This document shows positions 24,401-36,977 of a stretch of 64,000 bases of DNA, one piece after another. The position numbers and the translations under genes were made by a program. The DNA lies in NCBI RefSeq assembly GCF_001194135.2, contig NC_068987.1:15696920-15760919 (forward strand). Direction: 5' to 3'. The notes below the pieces were generated by a model that was given only the letters and a program-made list of their open reading frames with translations, was not told the DNA's origin and searched no databases. Positions within the stretch are counted from its first letter, which is position 1. Every line of letters begins with the position of its first letter. Origin of the DNA: Octopus bimaculoides. Taxonomy: Eukaryota.

Positions 24401-27400
24401 CAGAGATGGCAGGTATGGAAAAAAAGAGTATATCTATATATAATAGTGCTATTTCATTTGACCCTTATAACAAGAGTATTCTATTAATATGGAGGTCATT
24501 CTATTAGCATAGATAGATTGAGCAACTGATATTAAAAAAAAGACCCATTAAAGGAACTGTGTTATGCCATGATATGGTTATCTTCATATTTCTTAGATGG
24601 GTTTTGTAAAATGTGAAGTAATGCTTTTTTTCAGAAAACTACTACATTCTCCAGCTTCTTCAGATCTTTAAACAGTTCATCCAGAAAGGAAAAAAAATAC
24701 TTCTTTGTTGTTCAACAACTAAAAGCCAGATGTTATTTCCATTTATCTTAAAATTACTTAAGTTTTATTTTAAGCAAAAGAGAAAGAAAACGCAAGTTCA
24801 AATATTTGCTATCGCTTTGTTTTGTGTTATATATGGATAGATACATCACTACTTCACTTGTAAAACTGTCTGTAATAGAGGCTTCTCTCCAGTTTTCCAA
24901 TTAATTAGTTAATGTTAAAAGCATGTGCCTTTTATAACAAGACTAAATTACAGGGTCAGTAGCTTTACTAAACGATTCATCTGTTGAAATTTGATAAAGA
25001 TCTGCTGCTGTTGTGTGTTAGAGCTATTAACAATAGCTCTGATTCAGAACACATTTACAAACTCAAGTATTTTCAATACCTTGTCTATGATTAGACTGAA
25101 AACAATACTTAGACCAAGAATAAAAATCAGAGGTTGTGACTCATTCAGTCTAGGGGAGACATAAAACTCTACAAGGCAGTGTTAGACAAAGAACTGAGCT
25201 ATAAATAAATAAAATAAGAGATTTAAAAGCTGGTAACTAGTGACAGCAATTCACGAATTATTACAACAGGGAACAGCAGATCAAGATATCAAGCTAGCTT
25301 TAGATTGGAGACTTGGTTTGGTCTAATTGTTCACAACAGAGTGAACTTTATTACAATGCACTCAAGAGTCAGGTGGTGTTATTAGATAATAACAAAATGA
25401 ATATTGCCACTTTAAGGGAATCCCTCCTCTTCACTATTAGATTGGAGAGGAAAAGTAATTTTTGAGTAATAAAAAAAATCAAAAAGCCGACAAGTTTGAT
25501 AAATTAAGACTTGCATACTGCTTCCTGCTTGCTGAGCTTGGTTCCTTCCCTTCACAGGCTGATAGTCCATCCCTCCCTTCACTATATCCACAGTTTTTCC
25601 TTATAAACCTGTCTACTGAATTAACACCACTATGCATTTATTTATGTATTTATTTGACTCATGTATGTGTGAATTTGGTTTCTGTTTGGGGTGGTCAAGG
25701 GGAGAGTTCTTTTTGTTTTTTTGTTATATTTTTCTCTATTAAATAATTCATTTGCATTTTATTTAAAGGTTTCTAACTGAGCCGTTTATTCTTTTGGTGG
25801 TTGCTGTTACTGTTGCTGTTGTTTTCCCCCCAATTATCGTTGTTCTTTTTCATGTTTATTTCTCAAGTTTATCTTTTTCAACTGCCATTTTGCAGGTTTC
25901 ACTAATAGCCAACCACTCTTATAATATAAGGGGGGGTCTCTACCTGGTTGCTCACCCAATAAGAAATAGCAGCTAAATATCCACCATGTTGCACTTTAGT
26001 GTCTTAAAAACAAAGCAAGGTCATATTGTATAATGTAGGTGTCTAAATACATGACATCTGAACAAAAAAAAAAGATGGGATGCTCATGGCTGAAATACAT
26101 TTGATTATAGTCCTGCTAGCTCAGGGTTGCCTGGGGCTAAACAAAAGCAAGTAATATTGCCAGGATTGAATGAATAAAACTAAATAAATAGGCCAGAGGA
26201 GAATTCAGTGACCTAATGAATGAAGTGTTGACTTCTTGATTAAATAGCTGAGATTTGGCTGTTATTTCTAGCAGATTGAGCAACCTGGTAGAAGTTTCCA
26301 CATCCATATACTAAGTTAATCAATTATAATGCCACCCACCCCTCTTTTCTGGCCTTAGTTCCATAGAGAAGAAATAAGTTCTTGAATCAAAATTTGGCTG
26401 AGTAAGCTAAACGTTTACTCTAGAAAATCTAATGCTTAAGAATTCACATCATTTTGAATTAATTAAACCCTATGTCATAGTCTTGAGATTTTGCTGATGT
26501 GATTGTTTATTTTTAGAATGACATTGTAGGATAGGTGTGAGAGGCTGAATCTGACCAGTTTGAACATGAAACTGGTAGAATATTTGGGTTGGTGGATATG
26601 GTGAGTTTAAATTCTAAAAGGTTAAGAACCCATGTGAGCCATGTGATGGTGCTGACCTAGCTAACAGTTTAAGTTTACAAACTATTATAATTATTCAATT
26701 TCACTCCATGGAGCAGAAACATGGCCTCTCTTGAAGACTCTAACAAAGAGGATCAATGGCTTCGATAGCAGAGCCCTGGGAACCATCAAGAACATCAAAA
26801 TGGTATCATCATCTTTCCAACGAAGAACTACATGTGTGCATGCATCAGCTCACAGCCTCCCGCCTCATAGCTATCCGTCACATGTGTTGGTACGAACATA
26901 TCCTCTGTCTCCTGCTAGATCATCCTTCCAGGGCTTTACATTCAATCGATGCAGTAGCTGTAGGCTGGAAGAGGCCTTATAGCAGATCACACGCCAGATA
27001 GCTGGATGCGATTAAGGAAGATCTCCAGAGGCTCAATGCCATCTTGGAGGAAGCAGAGGGGCTGGCACAGATACAGAGCACTGTGATACAGAACACTGAT
27101 AGACTTGGTCAGCTGTACACATGATGACATCTCCCATCAAGCAAGCAAGAAGCAGCTTCACTCTACATACATTATTTACTTAAGCACATTACTTCTTCCT
27201 ATGACATATAGGCCATTGATGACTCCTTTTTCAGCTTTGCCAGTTGGCTCTGCAGATTCCTTTTGGAGTTTGCTTCACTGCATCATGTTTCCTTGGGAGA
27301 AGGCCTTCTTTCAGGTCTTGTCAGTTTTGAATTGTTATTAATGATTCTGTAACTTTGCGTTTTTCTAGGTAGGGGTATAGGTCCTACACATACCCATTTA

Positions 27401-29765
27401 TACTTCTGGGAAGAGGTGGTCCATATTAGTCTGGCCTTTATCCTTTGACCTGTCCGGCATATGAGCTCCTACCAGGAACTTGAACTTCACTAGCCTATCT
27501 CTCAGGGTCACTGAGGCACATGAGTTACCACACTGCAACAAAGGTTGGACTTTTATGCATACAACTGTACATACAAAGTGTTGTGCAGTGGTATCAAACC
27601 TGGAACTTTGTGGTCATCAAATGAACTTCTTAATCACCTGCCCAGATCTGATCTCATTTGTGTATGTTAAATCTAAATATAGAGATAAATATTAAAAAAG
27701 ATGGAAAGCTAGTCCTAGTTAGGATTCAAACCCCACACCTTCTGCTAATCACCCTCATGCTTTTCCCACTTAAACTTACAACTCATTGCTATTTTCCCTT
27801 CAAAATAATCACATAAATTAATGTTGCTTATGTGATTTTTTTTTTTTCAGCCAGGTACGATTTTTTTCCCCCTTTCTTATTTTAATTTTATTATAACTGT
27901 TGTTTGTATTATTCAAACAGAGTTTTATCAAGAAGCTATTTCCAAACTAAATTTTGTATTTGTTTCTTTATTAAAATGTTCATTTTATGTTATTTATATC
28001 TTTCAATTAACTGAGATAGCCTTAAGCATGTATAAGGATCAGAAACAACTTACCCACCCATCATTCCTGAGCTTCTGTCCCTAATTTCTCTTATATTTGC
28101 CTTCTTGTAGCTTATGGATACACCCTGGTACCTCATCACCATCATCTTTTCTATCATTCCAGCTGGGGTAGAAATGTATCTTCTCTACAGCAAGACACCT
28201 GTCCCTGCCTCTCTATCACAGTTAAACCACTCAACACCTGGCATAAAGCCACTTCCTTCAATATTACATTCTCCCTACACTCAATTGAAGGGCCTTGTCT
28301 TGCAAGTTATTTGATGGTTGATGGCTCTCTTCTTGAGCCAGTGCCATGAAAAAAGCCCCTGGTATACTCTGTAAAGTGGTTAGCATTATGAAGGCCATCC
28401 AGCCATTGAAACCATACCATACCAATGCAGACATTGGCGCTCGATGTTGTTCTCCAGTTTGTCAGATCCTGTTGAACCATTCAACCCATGCTAGCATGGA
28501 AAACAGATATTAAATAATGATGATGATGATGGTATATATGAGATTCTCTTGTACAAATCATTGTCATCTCCTTCATCATTTTACATTTTCTTTCTCTTCT
28601 ATTATGAGTTGGATGGCTTGTCTCTATCTGAATCACATTTTATTGGGAGTTACTGTTATCTTAGGCATAGCCAGGGGTGTGACATCCGTGATACCCTTCT
28701 TATTACCAACCATTTTACAAGAGGTAACTGGATGCATTTCATCATGGCTCCAAGTTGTTGTGAGTTTGTCAAGTCCTCAAGTTCTACCTTTCTACTCAGG
28801 GTTCATAGTGACCTTACTAGTGCTGGTGGTACGTAAAAAGCATCCAGTACTCACTGTAAAGTGATTGGCATTAGGAAGGGCATCCAGCTGTAGAAACCAT
28901 GCTAAAGCAGATAATGGAACACGATGCAATCCTTGAGCCCACTGGATCCTTCCTGTGCCAGCTTGGAACATGGACAATAAATAATGATGATGTTAAAGGC
29001 TAATTGAGATTTTCAGGAGTTTGCTCCCTTGTCCCTTCTGAGAATAAATTTTCAATAAAACTAGTTAATTTTTTTTACCTCATTAGAACTTTAATTTCAG
29101 TTATGTAAAAGATCTTTTTATCCCTCATCTCATACATGATACATGGTAGACTGCACATGCAAAAGGTAAAAGTTTCCAATGTTACAATTATCACCATTAT
29201 TTTAGCATCCATTTCTCTATACTTGTATAGATTAGACAAGTCTTTTCCAGTACATCATCAGGAAAAGATTCATCTACTTGTTCTGGATCTTTATCATCTT
29301 TTCAGTGAGGTTTAACCTCTTATCATCCATCTTCATTGCTTCTTATGTCTTCCTCAGTTTTCCTCTTCTTCAGGTTTTTTCCACTTGGATCTCCTGACAC
29401 TTCCGTAACCAAATGTCATCTCCACTTCCATACACATCATATGTCTGTCTCCTCTTTCACACACAACATCTGATTCCTCTAATACAGTTTTTCTCTCTCA
29501 GCTTTTGTTTCTTTTATAATTTTATTCTAACTAACAAAGAAATTATAACCAAATTTATGTTTTGATTCAATAACTTCCTGTATTTTGACTTATAAATACT
29601 TAGTTCACTTCTATAGGGGAGATATTGTATGAACATTAGGTTTTATCAAAATAACTTATGAAAGCTATATAATAACCATGTATTTATATATTGTTCAAAA
29701 ATACTTAATATTTAAAAATGCTAAACAAATATTTCTCTTATTGTTATCATTGTCATTATTGTTGC

Positions 29766-29807
<42 letters not shown>

Positions 29808-32800
29808 GGCAGAAATCTTTATAGTTCTGGATAAAATACTTCGCAGACTGTAATTGTGTCCCTTAGGTTAACTTCACTTTTCATCCCTCTAGGATCACTA
29901 AAACAGTTACTAGTCAACTATGGGCTCAATATGATCAAATATACTTCCTCCCTAAAATAAATGGCCTTGTGCCTAACTCAGAAATCATTATCATTATTGA
30001 AAGCAGTGAGCTAGAAGAATCGTTAGCATGCTGAATGAAATGCATAGCAGTATGTCACCCGTTGCTATGTTCTGAGTTCAAATTCTGCCAAAGTTGACTT
30101 TACCTTTCATCCTTTCGGGTTTGATAAATTAAATACCAGTGAAACACCGGGGTTGATGTAATCATCTTGCCTCTTCTCCAAAAATTTCAGGCCTTGTGCC
30201 TATCATAGAAAGAATTATCATCATTATTCTTCTTCTTATTATTATTATTATTATTATTGTTATTATTATTATTGAACGCAGTGAACTGGCAGAATCATTA
30301 GTATGCTGGACAAAATGCTTAGCTGTATTTCAGCTATCGCTACGTTCTGTGTTCAAATTCCACCGAGGTCGATTTTGCCTTTCATCCTTTCAAGGTCAAT
30401 AAATTAAGTACCAGTGAAACACTGGCGGTCGATATAATCAACTAGTCCCCTCCCTCCAAACTTCAGGCCTTGTGCCTTTAATAGAAAGGATTATTATTCA
30501 CATTCTCAGATAAGTGAGGCAGAATTTACTGCCGAAATTTATCACAGATTTTGGAAACATCCGATACCATTTATTACTGATGTTTCCCTTTTGTTCTGTT
30601 CTTAGTCTGGACCGGCAATTGAGATAACTCAACCTGTGGATGACGGTAGTGAAGAACAAGGCGAAGAAGACGACGATGACCGCCAGGGCCAGTGGTTACG
30701 ACGACGGAGGCTAGACGGGGCCCTTAACAGAGTACCTGTTGGATTCTATGAGAAACTTTGGAAAATCTTACAAAGAGTAAGTACAAAGTTCATTTTCTTT
30801 CTGTTTTATCTACGATAGTCTTCTGTAGTTCTTTTACTGTGTTCAGTAGTGATATCAATAGAAAAGGTTATAGTGAACTTCCCATGGGGAGTGGAAAATC
30901 CAATGTTTTGGACAGATATATACAATGAAACTATTGTAACCAATTTTTTTTCTTAGAGGATGTAAAACCCTGCTGCTAATCTTTAATTTCTCTCCTGTCA
31001 ACTTTTCCCCGAAGAAGGACTGTCCAAAACATTGGATTTTCTACTCCGCATGATAAGTTCCCCATACTCTTTTTATCCATTTTACAAAATAATACAAGTC
31101 TTACTGACGCAGACCAACACGAACCTGTTTCTTTGGAGTCTGATTGATCGTGTGTGTGTGTCTGTGTGTACATGTACTCCCACACACACATTTATATGTA
31201 TATATTTTTGTTTGTATGTATGTATACAGACCTTATTTTCTATATTGTAATATCAATTCCACATATAAGGCAACAACTTGGCAGAATCGTTAACAGGTGC
31301 AGGAGTGGCTGTGTGGTAAGTAGCTTGCTTACCAACCACATGGTTCCAAGTTCAGATCCACTTCATGGCACCTTGGGTGGTCTTCTACTATAGGCTTGGG
31401 CCAACTAAAGCCTTTTGAGTGGATTTGGTAGACGGAAACTGAAAGAAGCCCATCATATATGCATATATATATATATATTTAAGTAATAAGGGTGCAAAAT
31501 TGAATATTAATTTGATTAATATCAATTTAAAACCAGTGGCCTAGCTTATTGAAAAATCTGAAGATTCAGAAAAATTATATTACATACATATAAGAGGGAT
31601 GACTACTAAGAAAAGATTGTTCTCAGAACAATATAGTCAGACCATAGGTGGTCTTCTTCTAGCATAATGGATGTCCACTTAGTGGTCATCCCTCTTATAT
31701 ATATATATATATTATATATATATATATATATATATGTATATGTTTGTGTGTCTGTGTTTGTCCCCCCAGCATCGCTGGACAACCGATGCTGGTGTGTTTA
31801 TGTCCCCGTAACTTAGTGGTTCAGCAAAAGAGACTGATAGAATAAGTACTAGACTTACAAAGAATAAGTCCTGGGGTCGATTTGCTCGACTAAAGGTGGT
31901 GCTCCAGCATAGCCACAGTGAAATGACTGAAACCAACAAAAGAACGAAAAAAAAAAGAATAAAAGAATGCCAGGCAAAATGCTTAGTGACATTTCATCCG
32001 TTCTGAGTTCAAATGCCACCAAGGTTCACTTTGCCTTTCATCCTTTCAAGGTCAATGAAATAAGTACCAGTTGAAAACTGGGGGTCAATGTAATCAACTT
32101 GTACTCCTTCCCCCAAACTTGCAGGCCTTGTACTAAAATTTGAAACCAAAATTAATTCCACTTATAAGATGGCAAGCTGGCTAAATCGTTAACACATCGG
32201 GCAAAATACTCTGCAGCATTTCATGTCTTTACAGTCTGAATTCAAATTCCACCAAGGTCGGCTTTGCTTTTCATTCTTTTGGGGTCAATAAAATAAGTAC
32301 CAGTTGAGCACTGGGGTCAATGTAATCAACTTAACCACTTCCCTGAAATTGCTGGCCTTGGGCCAAAAATTGTAAATCAATATTAATTCCACATGTATCT
32401 GTCTCTGTAGGTTGAAACCCTGTCTATTGCCAACAACACTCTGGAGACAATTCTAACAAGAGAAGTAAGGATTTTTTTTTTCATTCTTTATTTGTAATCT
32501 GCATTTTTTTTTAAATATGTAATTACATTTTAATTGTAAAACATTGTCTGAATATAATAATTCAGTTTATAATTAATCACTTACGCTATTGTTTTAAGAA
32601 TTATATTTATTAAAGGACTTCCATAAAATTTATTATTCTACATGAAATTAGTGTTCTGAATAATTCTGCTGTTTCTATGAGTGAACAGTAACAGTTAGAG
32701 TAGTAGACCTAGCACACCACTCTGTTTAACACCATTTGATCAAACCAATTAGAGAACTTCCTTTGTAAATGGTGACCAAATATTTCTTATATCAAATTCC

Positions 32801-33939
32801 ACGCAATAAAATACACTAGATAATGGTAATCCAAGATGGTTATGGCTGGAAGGCTTATGTCTATCCATATCTTTTTTTATCTCTCTCTCTCTCTCTCTCT
32901 GCTTACCCCCTTTCTCCTCCTCCTCTCTTCCTACCTAATATATAACTTCTTGCAAATGTATCAGTCTGTCTAACTATGTAGTTAATTGCTTCTCTTTCTA
33001 TTCACCTATTCATATTCATCTTTCTAACTACACAGATGACATCTGGAGAGTTCAAATTTGCCCTGCAAGTCGAGACAGTTCTAAACATGATTCCACAGCC
33101 AGAGTACCGACAACTGATGGTAGAAGGTATGATAGTTCTAACCACACTGCTTGATGTTGACCCCAACTGTCGGATCAAACTTCACCGTACTATCTATATT
33201 GACAAAATTGTACAAGAGGCCAACCAGATTTACCTAAAAGAACAGGTCAGTACTTTACTACCTTCTGGTTCTACGATACACAACATCTAATTTTAAAGTA
33301 TATATATTTAAATCAAACAATTTCATTCAAATTTGAAAAAGAACCTTATGCTAAAGTTATGATACTAATATTGTTTCAAGCATCATTTTTCCATATATCT
33401 CTATGGGTTGGCTGGCAATGTTTCATGATGAGATGTCCTTCCATTTACCAACTCTTATCTGTTTTTTTAAATTCAGTATTTTTATTTTTCTGGTTCATCA
33501 ACTTACATAAACTACCAGACTGGAGAGCAAATTGTTATGGTAAATATGAACAAAGTTGCTGAGTTGCCCGGACATTGTCAGTGTGAAAACATGCAGAAAC
33601 AAACGCACTCAAAAATCACTTGCCCAAGATGCTCGCAGTGAGATGTAATCTAATAGCTTTTGATTAACAAAAGTAAACTACACAATCATGTAGAAATAAG
33701 CACACACACACGCACAAAAAGAAACACACATACTCTCTTTTACCTGTTTCAGTCATTTGACTGTGGCCATGCTGGAGCACCGCCTTTAGTCGAGCAAATC
33801 GACCCCAGGACTTATTCTTTGGATGCCTAGTACTTATTCTATCAGTCTCTTTTGCCGAACCGCTAAGTTACGGGGACCTAAACACACCACCATTGGTTGT
33901 CAAGCGATGTTGGGGGGACACAGACACACAAACATATAT

Positions 33940-33994
<55 letters not shown>

Positions 33995-35110
33995 ACGGGC
34001 TTCTTTCAGTTTCCGTCTACCAAATCCACTCACAAGGCTTTGGTCGGCCCGAGGCTATAGTAGAAAACACTTGCCCAAGGTGCCACACAGTGGGAATGAA
34101 CCCGGAACCATGTGGTTGGTAAGCAAGCTACTTACCACACAGCCTTGGTGAACCTGAGACTATAATAGAAGGCACTCGACTAAGTTGCCCAGCATGAGAT
34201 ATAATCTAAAACCTTTTGATTAATAAAAGTAAACTTCATAACAACACAGCCATAACTGCACCTTACAACATACCTGTGCCTGATTAATAACATAAAAGTT
34301 GTTTTACACCAGTTTTATCATTACTAAAACAGCTTTTGATCATAGGTCTACCAGCTCCAGTTAGAATTTGTTGTCGGCTTCTCTTTGTTTCCCAGTATTT
34401 CTTTCTTCATTTGTGCTTCCTCATTTAAGTTGGTACTTCTGATGGCTGGTATGACCTATTTTTGCATGGAACAGAGATCACATCTAATGGTCAGCCAAGG
34501 CTTGGTTGGATTTGGCAGGTCTTTCATTGTAGCCATTTACCTTCTTCAACAATGTTCTTCAAAATGTACCGCTATGTCAACAGTCTTGCACTGCTTGAAT
34601 GCACAAGAGCCAACAGTACTGAGGCCATCTTTATTGAACATTGTCTTAGATGGGCAGGTCATGTCCACCACATGAATAGCACCAGACTGCCACATCGAAT
34701 CCTCAACAGCAAACTCAGCACTGGCAAGAAAATCTGCAGCTGCCCCATGCAATGCTACATGGACCAACTGAAACAGACAATGAAGAGTACCAAACATTGA
34801 CCCTGAATCCTAGGAGCAACATATAGAAGACAGAACAACATTGTTTGACATGATCAAGATCTTAATAGAATCAGATTAACTTGATTTAACTTATTCAAAA
34901 CTAAAGTAAAATTCTCTTTCTCTTTCATTTCAGAAAATGCCAGAAGACGTACAAAAGCAACTCATGGGAGCAGCTGGTATCTGCCAGCATTTTTATGACA
35001 GTGCACCAAGTGGACGATATGGCACACTATCTTACATGTGTCGAGCCCTAGCCATTATCCTTCACCTTCCTGTTGATTCAGACAATGGGCTTGAGTGTGC
35101 CATTAGTTAA
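583..35110 (+). CDS. PHKA: Phosphorylase b kinase regulatory subunit alpha (PHKA1/PHKA2 co-ortholog), 3' part, spliced. Exons: 583-659, 1793-1871, 3370-3499, 4081-4179, [18943-19046 alt], 23843-23916, 30606-30776, 32411-32464, 33036-33245, 34934-35110
   Basis: Spliced translation [18 protein letters not shown]...[37 protein letters not shown]...[23 protein letters not shown]...[12 protein letters not shown]...[12 protein letters not shown]...CAIS* matches the recalled PHKA C-terminal half. All junctions are GT-AG and in phase. The 5' exons lie outside the window. Confidence 0.96.
854..1480. mobile_element. Old fold-back (TIR) element with ~190-bp diverged inverted arms and internal telomere-like repeats
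   Basis: ~854-1050 aligns to the reverse complement of ~1296-1480 (e.g. aagacttctgcc..ccaccccac vs gtggggtggg..ggcggaagtctt; gaaaattggcaaaaatc vs gatttttggcaattttc). Degenerate TTAGGG units lie at 1223-1290. No TSD found. Confidence 0.6.
1793..1871 (+). CDS. PHKA: PHKA exon ([27 protein letters not shown])
   Basis: ttcag|T...CAG|gtcagt; 79 nt; phase 2 to 0. Confidence 0.93.
3370..3499 (+). CDS. PHKA: PHKA exon ([43 protein letters not shown])
   Basis: ctccag|GAA...ACAG|gtacgc; 130 nt. Confidence 0.96.
4081..4179 (+). CDS. PHKA: PHKA exon ([33 protein letters not shown])
   Basis: tgaag|GA...GCAG|gtgagt; 99 nt; phase 1 to 1. Confidence 0.95.
4934..5248. mobile_element. (TA)n-embedded non-autonomous element: ~100-bp unique segment plus a MITE with 71-bp TIRs
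   Basis: TIRs 5039-5109 and 5178-5248 (TAAGAGGGATGACCACTAAG...; 1 mismatch); flanked by TA repeats; second copy at 31486-31697. Confidence 0.8.
6055..6285 (-). mobile_element. 3' end of an abundant RTE-type LINE family (tail ...AGCATGGAAAGCGGACGTTAAA(TGA)n)
   Basis: The same sequence recurs at ~1560-1700, 28340-28530, 28830-28990, 49550-49765, 56410-56735, 63420-63630(-) and 63836-63965. Confidence 0.75.
6530..7170 (-). mobile_element. tRNA-derived SINE with an internal (TA)n/(CA)n microsatellite; its 3' half appears twice around a 10-N gap
   Basis: Head with A/B boxes (GGCTGTGTGG..GAGTTCAGTC) at the right end; related copies at 31295-31940(+), 33740-34145(-) and 51200-51600(-). Confidence 0.8.
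8283..8520 (+). other. GC-rich structured insert between (TA)n tracts with two hammerhead-like core motif sets
   Basis: CTGAAGA(8356)..CCTCC-GAAA-GGAGG hairpin..GGCCCC/GGGGCC stem..GAAAC(8416), then CTGATGA(8436)..CGAAAC(8493). Confidence 0.35.
9420..9730 (+). pseudogene. RLE-type non-LTR retrotransposon fragment (R4/Dong-like endonuclease domain)
   Basis: Degenerate translation [22 protein letters not shown]...[13 protein letters not shown] resembles the ILWDF..TD...RRPD...EKY.DLA.EL..LW motif. Confidence 0.6.
9745..10405 (-). pseudogene. RLE-type non-LTR retrotransposon fragment (CCHC region), inverted relative to the adjacent fragment
   Basis: ORF 10201-10401: [19 protein letters not shown]...[17 protein letters not shown] resembles the conserved segment upstream of RLE domains. 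Confidence 0.6.
10899..11745 (+). mobile_element. Head-to-tail cluster of four copies of a ~220-bp tRNA-derived SINE separated by (ATT)n
   Basis: Repeated GGCAGAATCGTTAGC..GAGTTCAAATTCC..GCCTTTCATCCTTT..GTCGATAAA..AGTACCAG..TTTCAGGCCTTGTGCC. Other copies at ~2243, 2665, 13463, 18440, 30000, 30275, 31965, 32165 and 60175. Confidence 0.85.
14111..14388 (+). mobile_element. Composite repeat: tRNA-like Pol III head, hammerhead-like core and ~25-bp terminal inverted repeats
   Basis: A box TGGTGTAGTGG, B box GAGTTCAATTCC, CTGATGA(14292)..GAAAC(14320). TACATTATTTACATTTGACGG at the left end is inverted at the right end; both ends finish on TA. Confidence 0.7.
14586..15013 (-). mobile_element. Possible solo LTR
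   Basis: TG...CA ends with 4-bp direct repeats GGTG (14582-14585, 15014-15017); minus-strand AATAAA; CpG-rich; GCGCATGCG motifs near one end. The boundary is uncertain. Confidence 0.4.
15146..15412. mobile_element. Young 267-bp MITE with 85-bp TIRs, 9-bp TSD and telomeric-repeat interior (Merlin- or Mutator-like)
   Basis: TIRs 15146-15230 and 15328-15412 (4 mismatches) start GGTACTACTAAAGCAGCG; TSD TGATTTGTG at 15137-15145 and 15413-15421; interior is (CCCTAA)n mixed with CCTATT. Confidence 0.9.
15869..16231 (+). mobile_element. Full-length young tRNA-derived SINE with an RTE-like (CAA)n tail
   Basis: 13-bp TSD ACATGAGGCTCAA (15856-15868, 16232-16244); B-box-like GTTTCGATTCC; CpGs retained; ends GGAGTGCCAACAAC. 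Confidence 0.85.
16245..16475 (+). repeat. Degenerate ~27-bp minisatellite (GTTTATACAGGAAATATAAGGCTCAAT), which also continues left of the SINE
   Basis: About 8 diverged units are visible; the 15869 SINE is inserted in one unit. Confidence 0.65.
16644..16755. repeat. Perfect 48-bp inverted repeat with a 16-nt spacer (probably an internally deleted mariner-type MITE)
   Basis: Arms 16644-16691 and 16708-16755 are exact reverse complements; the ends read TA-TACAAGGG...CCCTTGTA-TA. Confidence 0.85.
18009..18383 (-). mobile_element. 5'-truncated R4/Dong-like RLE retrotransposon (C-terminus plus 3' UTR) in a (TAA)n tract
   Basis: Intact ORF end: [56 protein letters not shown]; TTA repeats on both sides. 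Confidence 0.85.
18943..19046 (+). CDS. PHKA: Candidate alternative PHKA exon ([35 protein letters not shown])
   Basis: First AG after a 259-nt AG-free, pyrimidine-rich stretch. The frame is open exactly in the incoming phase 1 and ends AAG|gttact in phase 0. CpG-rich against a CpG-poor intron. An in-frame alternative acceptor would start the exon at 18961. Confidence 0.55.
23843..23916 (+). CDS. PHKA: PHKA exon in the variable phosphorylation loop ([25 protein letters not shown])
   Basis: Strong polypyrimidine tract + aaag|AC...CAG|gtattt; 74 nt; phase 1 to 0, bridging exon 4081-4179 to exon 30606; contains an RRES kinase-type site. Confidence 0.75.
26700..27125 (+). pseudogene. RTE-type LINE reverse-transcriptase C-terminal remnant
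   Basis: Frameshifted [56 protein letters not shown]. Confidence 0.75.
30606..30776 (+). CDS. PHKA: PHKA exon ([57 protein letters not shown])
   Basis: cttag|TCT...AGA|gtaagt; 171 nt; contains the hallmark [17 protein letters not shown] motif. Confidence 0.97.
31486..31697. mobile_element. Second copy of the (TA)n-embedded element, with a deletion in the left TIR; nested in a SINE's internal microsatellite
   Basis: Matches 4934-5248; the deletion runs between two GACCACTAAG direct repeats of the arm. Confidence 0.8.
32411..32464 (+). CDS. PHKA: PHKA exon ([18 protein letters not shown])
   Basis: tgtag|GTT...GAA|gtaagg; 54 nt; aligns to the CHGLSIDGYVLPSSTTRE segment. Confidence 0.88.
33036..33245 (+). 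CDS. PHKA: PHKA exon ([31 protein letters not shown]...YLKEQ)
   Basis: acag|ATG...CAG|gtcagt; 210 nt. Confidence 0.97.
34420..34850 (+). pseudogene. RTE LINE 3' remnant in the last PHKA intron
   Basis: ORF 34462-34800: [46 protein letters not shown]. Confidence 0.8.
34934..35110 (+). CDS. PHKA: PHKA terminal coding exon ([58 protein letters not shown])
   Basis: tttcag|AAA...TAA; 177 nt; YDSAPSG motif and C-terminal CaaX. Confidence 0.96.
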   Translation, partial: KMPEDVQKQLMGAAGICQHFYDSAPSGRYGTLSYMCRALAIILHLPVDSDNGLECAIS

Positions 35111-35143
35111 ACTTAATAAGAAATATTTATTTTATATATATAT

Positions 35144-35200
<57 letters not shown>

Positions 35201-35655
35201 AATAAACAAAAACTGATTTATTATCATTATTTTTATTATTATTATTAGTTATTATTATTGGCCTTGTGTCAAATTGGAAAGAATTTTATTATTATTATTA
35301 CTGTTATTATTATTATTATTATTGATATTTATTTCTTGATGTGAGATGAAATTTTGTTCTTTTTAAAAAAAAAAAAAATTATTATTTTTGTTTCCTTAAT
35401 TTTGTTTTAAGGAATAAAGAAAGGTAACCTGTTAATCCATGAATGTAATTTAGGCAGCGCTTCAGCATGGCTGCAGTCCATTGGCTGAAACCAGCAGAAG
35501 GTTATAATAACCTGAACACAAAACTATAATGTCTTTATGCATGTGTAAGGATGTATAAATCAGGAAAAGCACAATTTGATATATATTAGTAGCAAAGACA
35601 TCTATTTTATATACACTTATAAATCTGGTGCAGTTTGAAGTCTTGCAGACCTGCG

Positions 35656-35703
<48 letters not shown>

Positions 35704-36697
35704 TATTTTATTTATTTATTAATTTTTTTTTTTTTTTTAAATTGAAAAATCCTCCACATAAATATAGATATCATGTTTGTCAGATCTGATAAAATGTTTA
35801 GTTAAATTCACATGCATATCTATACACATACATATTTCTACATGCATACACACACACATATATATAATAATAATAATATACAGACACCACAGACACATGC
35901 ATATTTTAAAGTGAGTTTAAGTGTAAGAATAGAACATTTACTGATGATAGAAAGGGAGTCAGTACCAAGAACAGAGTTAAGTTTATTGTAAAAGTTGTTT
36001 TGACTGGGCCATAAAGCCCCAGTCAGAATACGAATTTTTTCATTGAATGCATGTGTGTGTGTATGTATGTGTGTGCATGTATATGTAAGGCTATTGTTTA
36101 TTTTGTTGAAGATTAAAAAGCACTCAAGAGAACCTTGTGTTAGAATTGTGACTTCAACAATTATGTAATCATTTTAAAAAGTAGTGATTAGTTTAAAGCC
36201 TTTAAAAGTAATTTCTTTTCAACCCACCTATGAGCAGTCATTTACAGGTGATCAACCAATAAACCAACTGAATGTAACTACATTTTGAAAGCACTTCTTT
36301 CAATACTGCACCCCGACTTCCAAGGGGATCTTGTTTTGCAAGATACTTGGCGACATCACTAGTGCTAGTGCCATGAAAAAAAGCATCCAACATGCTGTAT
36401 TGACATTAAAAATGGCATCCAGCTTTAGAAACGATGCCCAAATTGAAAGACTGGAGTAAAGAGGCGTTATGCTCTGACTCACTGGATCCTGTCCAACCAT
36501 CCTAAACATTGCATTGCTAGCTTGGGAAGTGGACGTGAAATGCTGATGCTGTTATTAATGATGATGATGATAGTTGGCAGAAAAGTTAGAAAAAATGGTA
36601 TAAGGCCTGAAGCTTTGTGCAGGGCACTTTCAGAAGTTTGATGCATGTCATGCTCAAAACACTCGGCCTTTGAGTCATTTTTGTAAGTTTTCTGCCA

Positions 36698-36710
36698 TAT
36701 ATATATACAT

Positions 36711-36741
<31 letters not shown>

Positions 36742-36806
36742 AACATACATACATATATATATATGTATATATACGTACATACATATATATATACATATGT
36801 ATATAC

Positions 36807-36881
<75 letters not shown>

Positions 36882-36942
36882 TTTACATATATATTCATAC
36901 ACATATATATATACACATACATATATATACACATACGTACAA

Positions 36943-36977
<35 letters not shown>

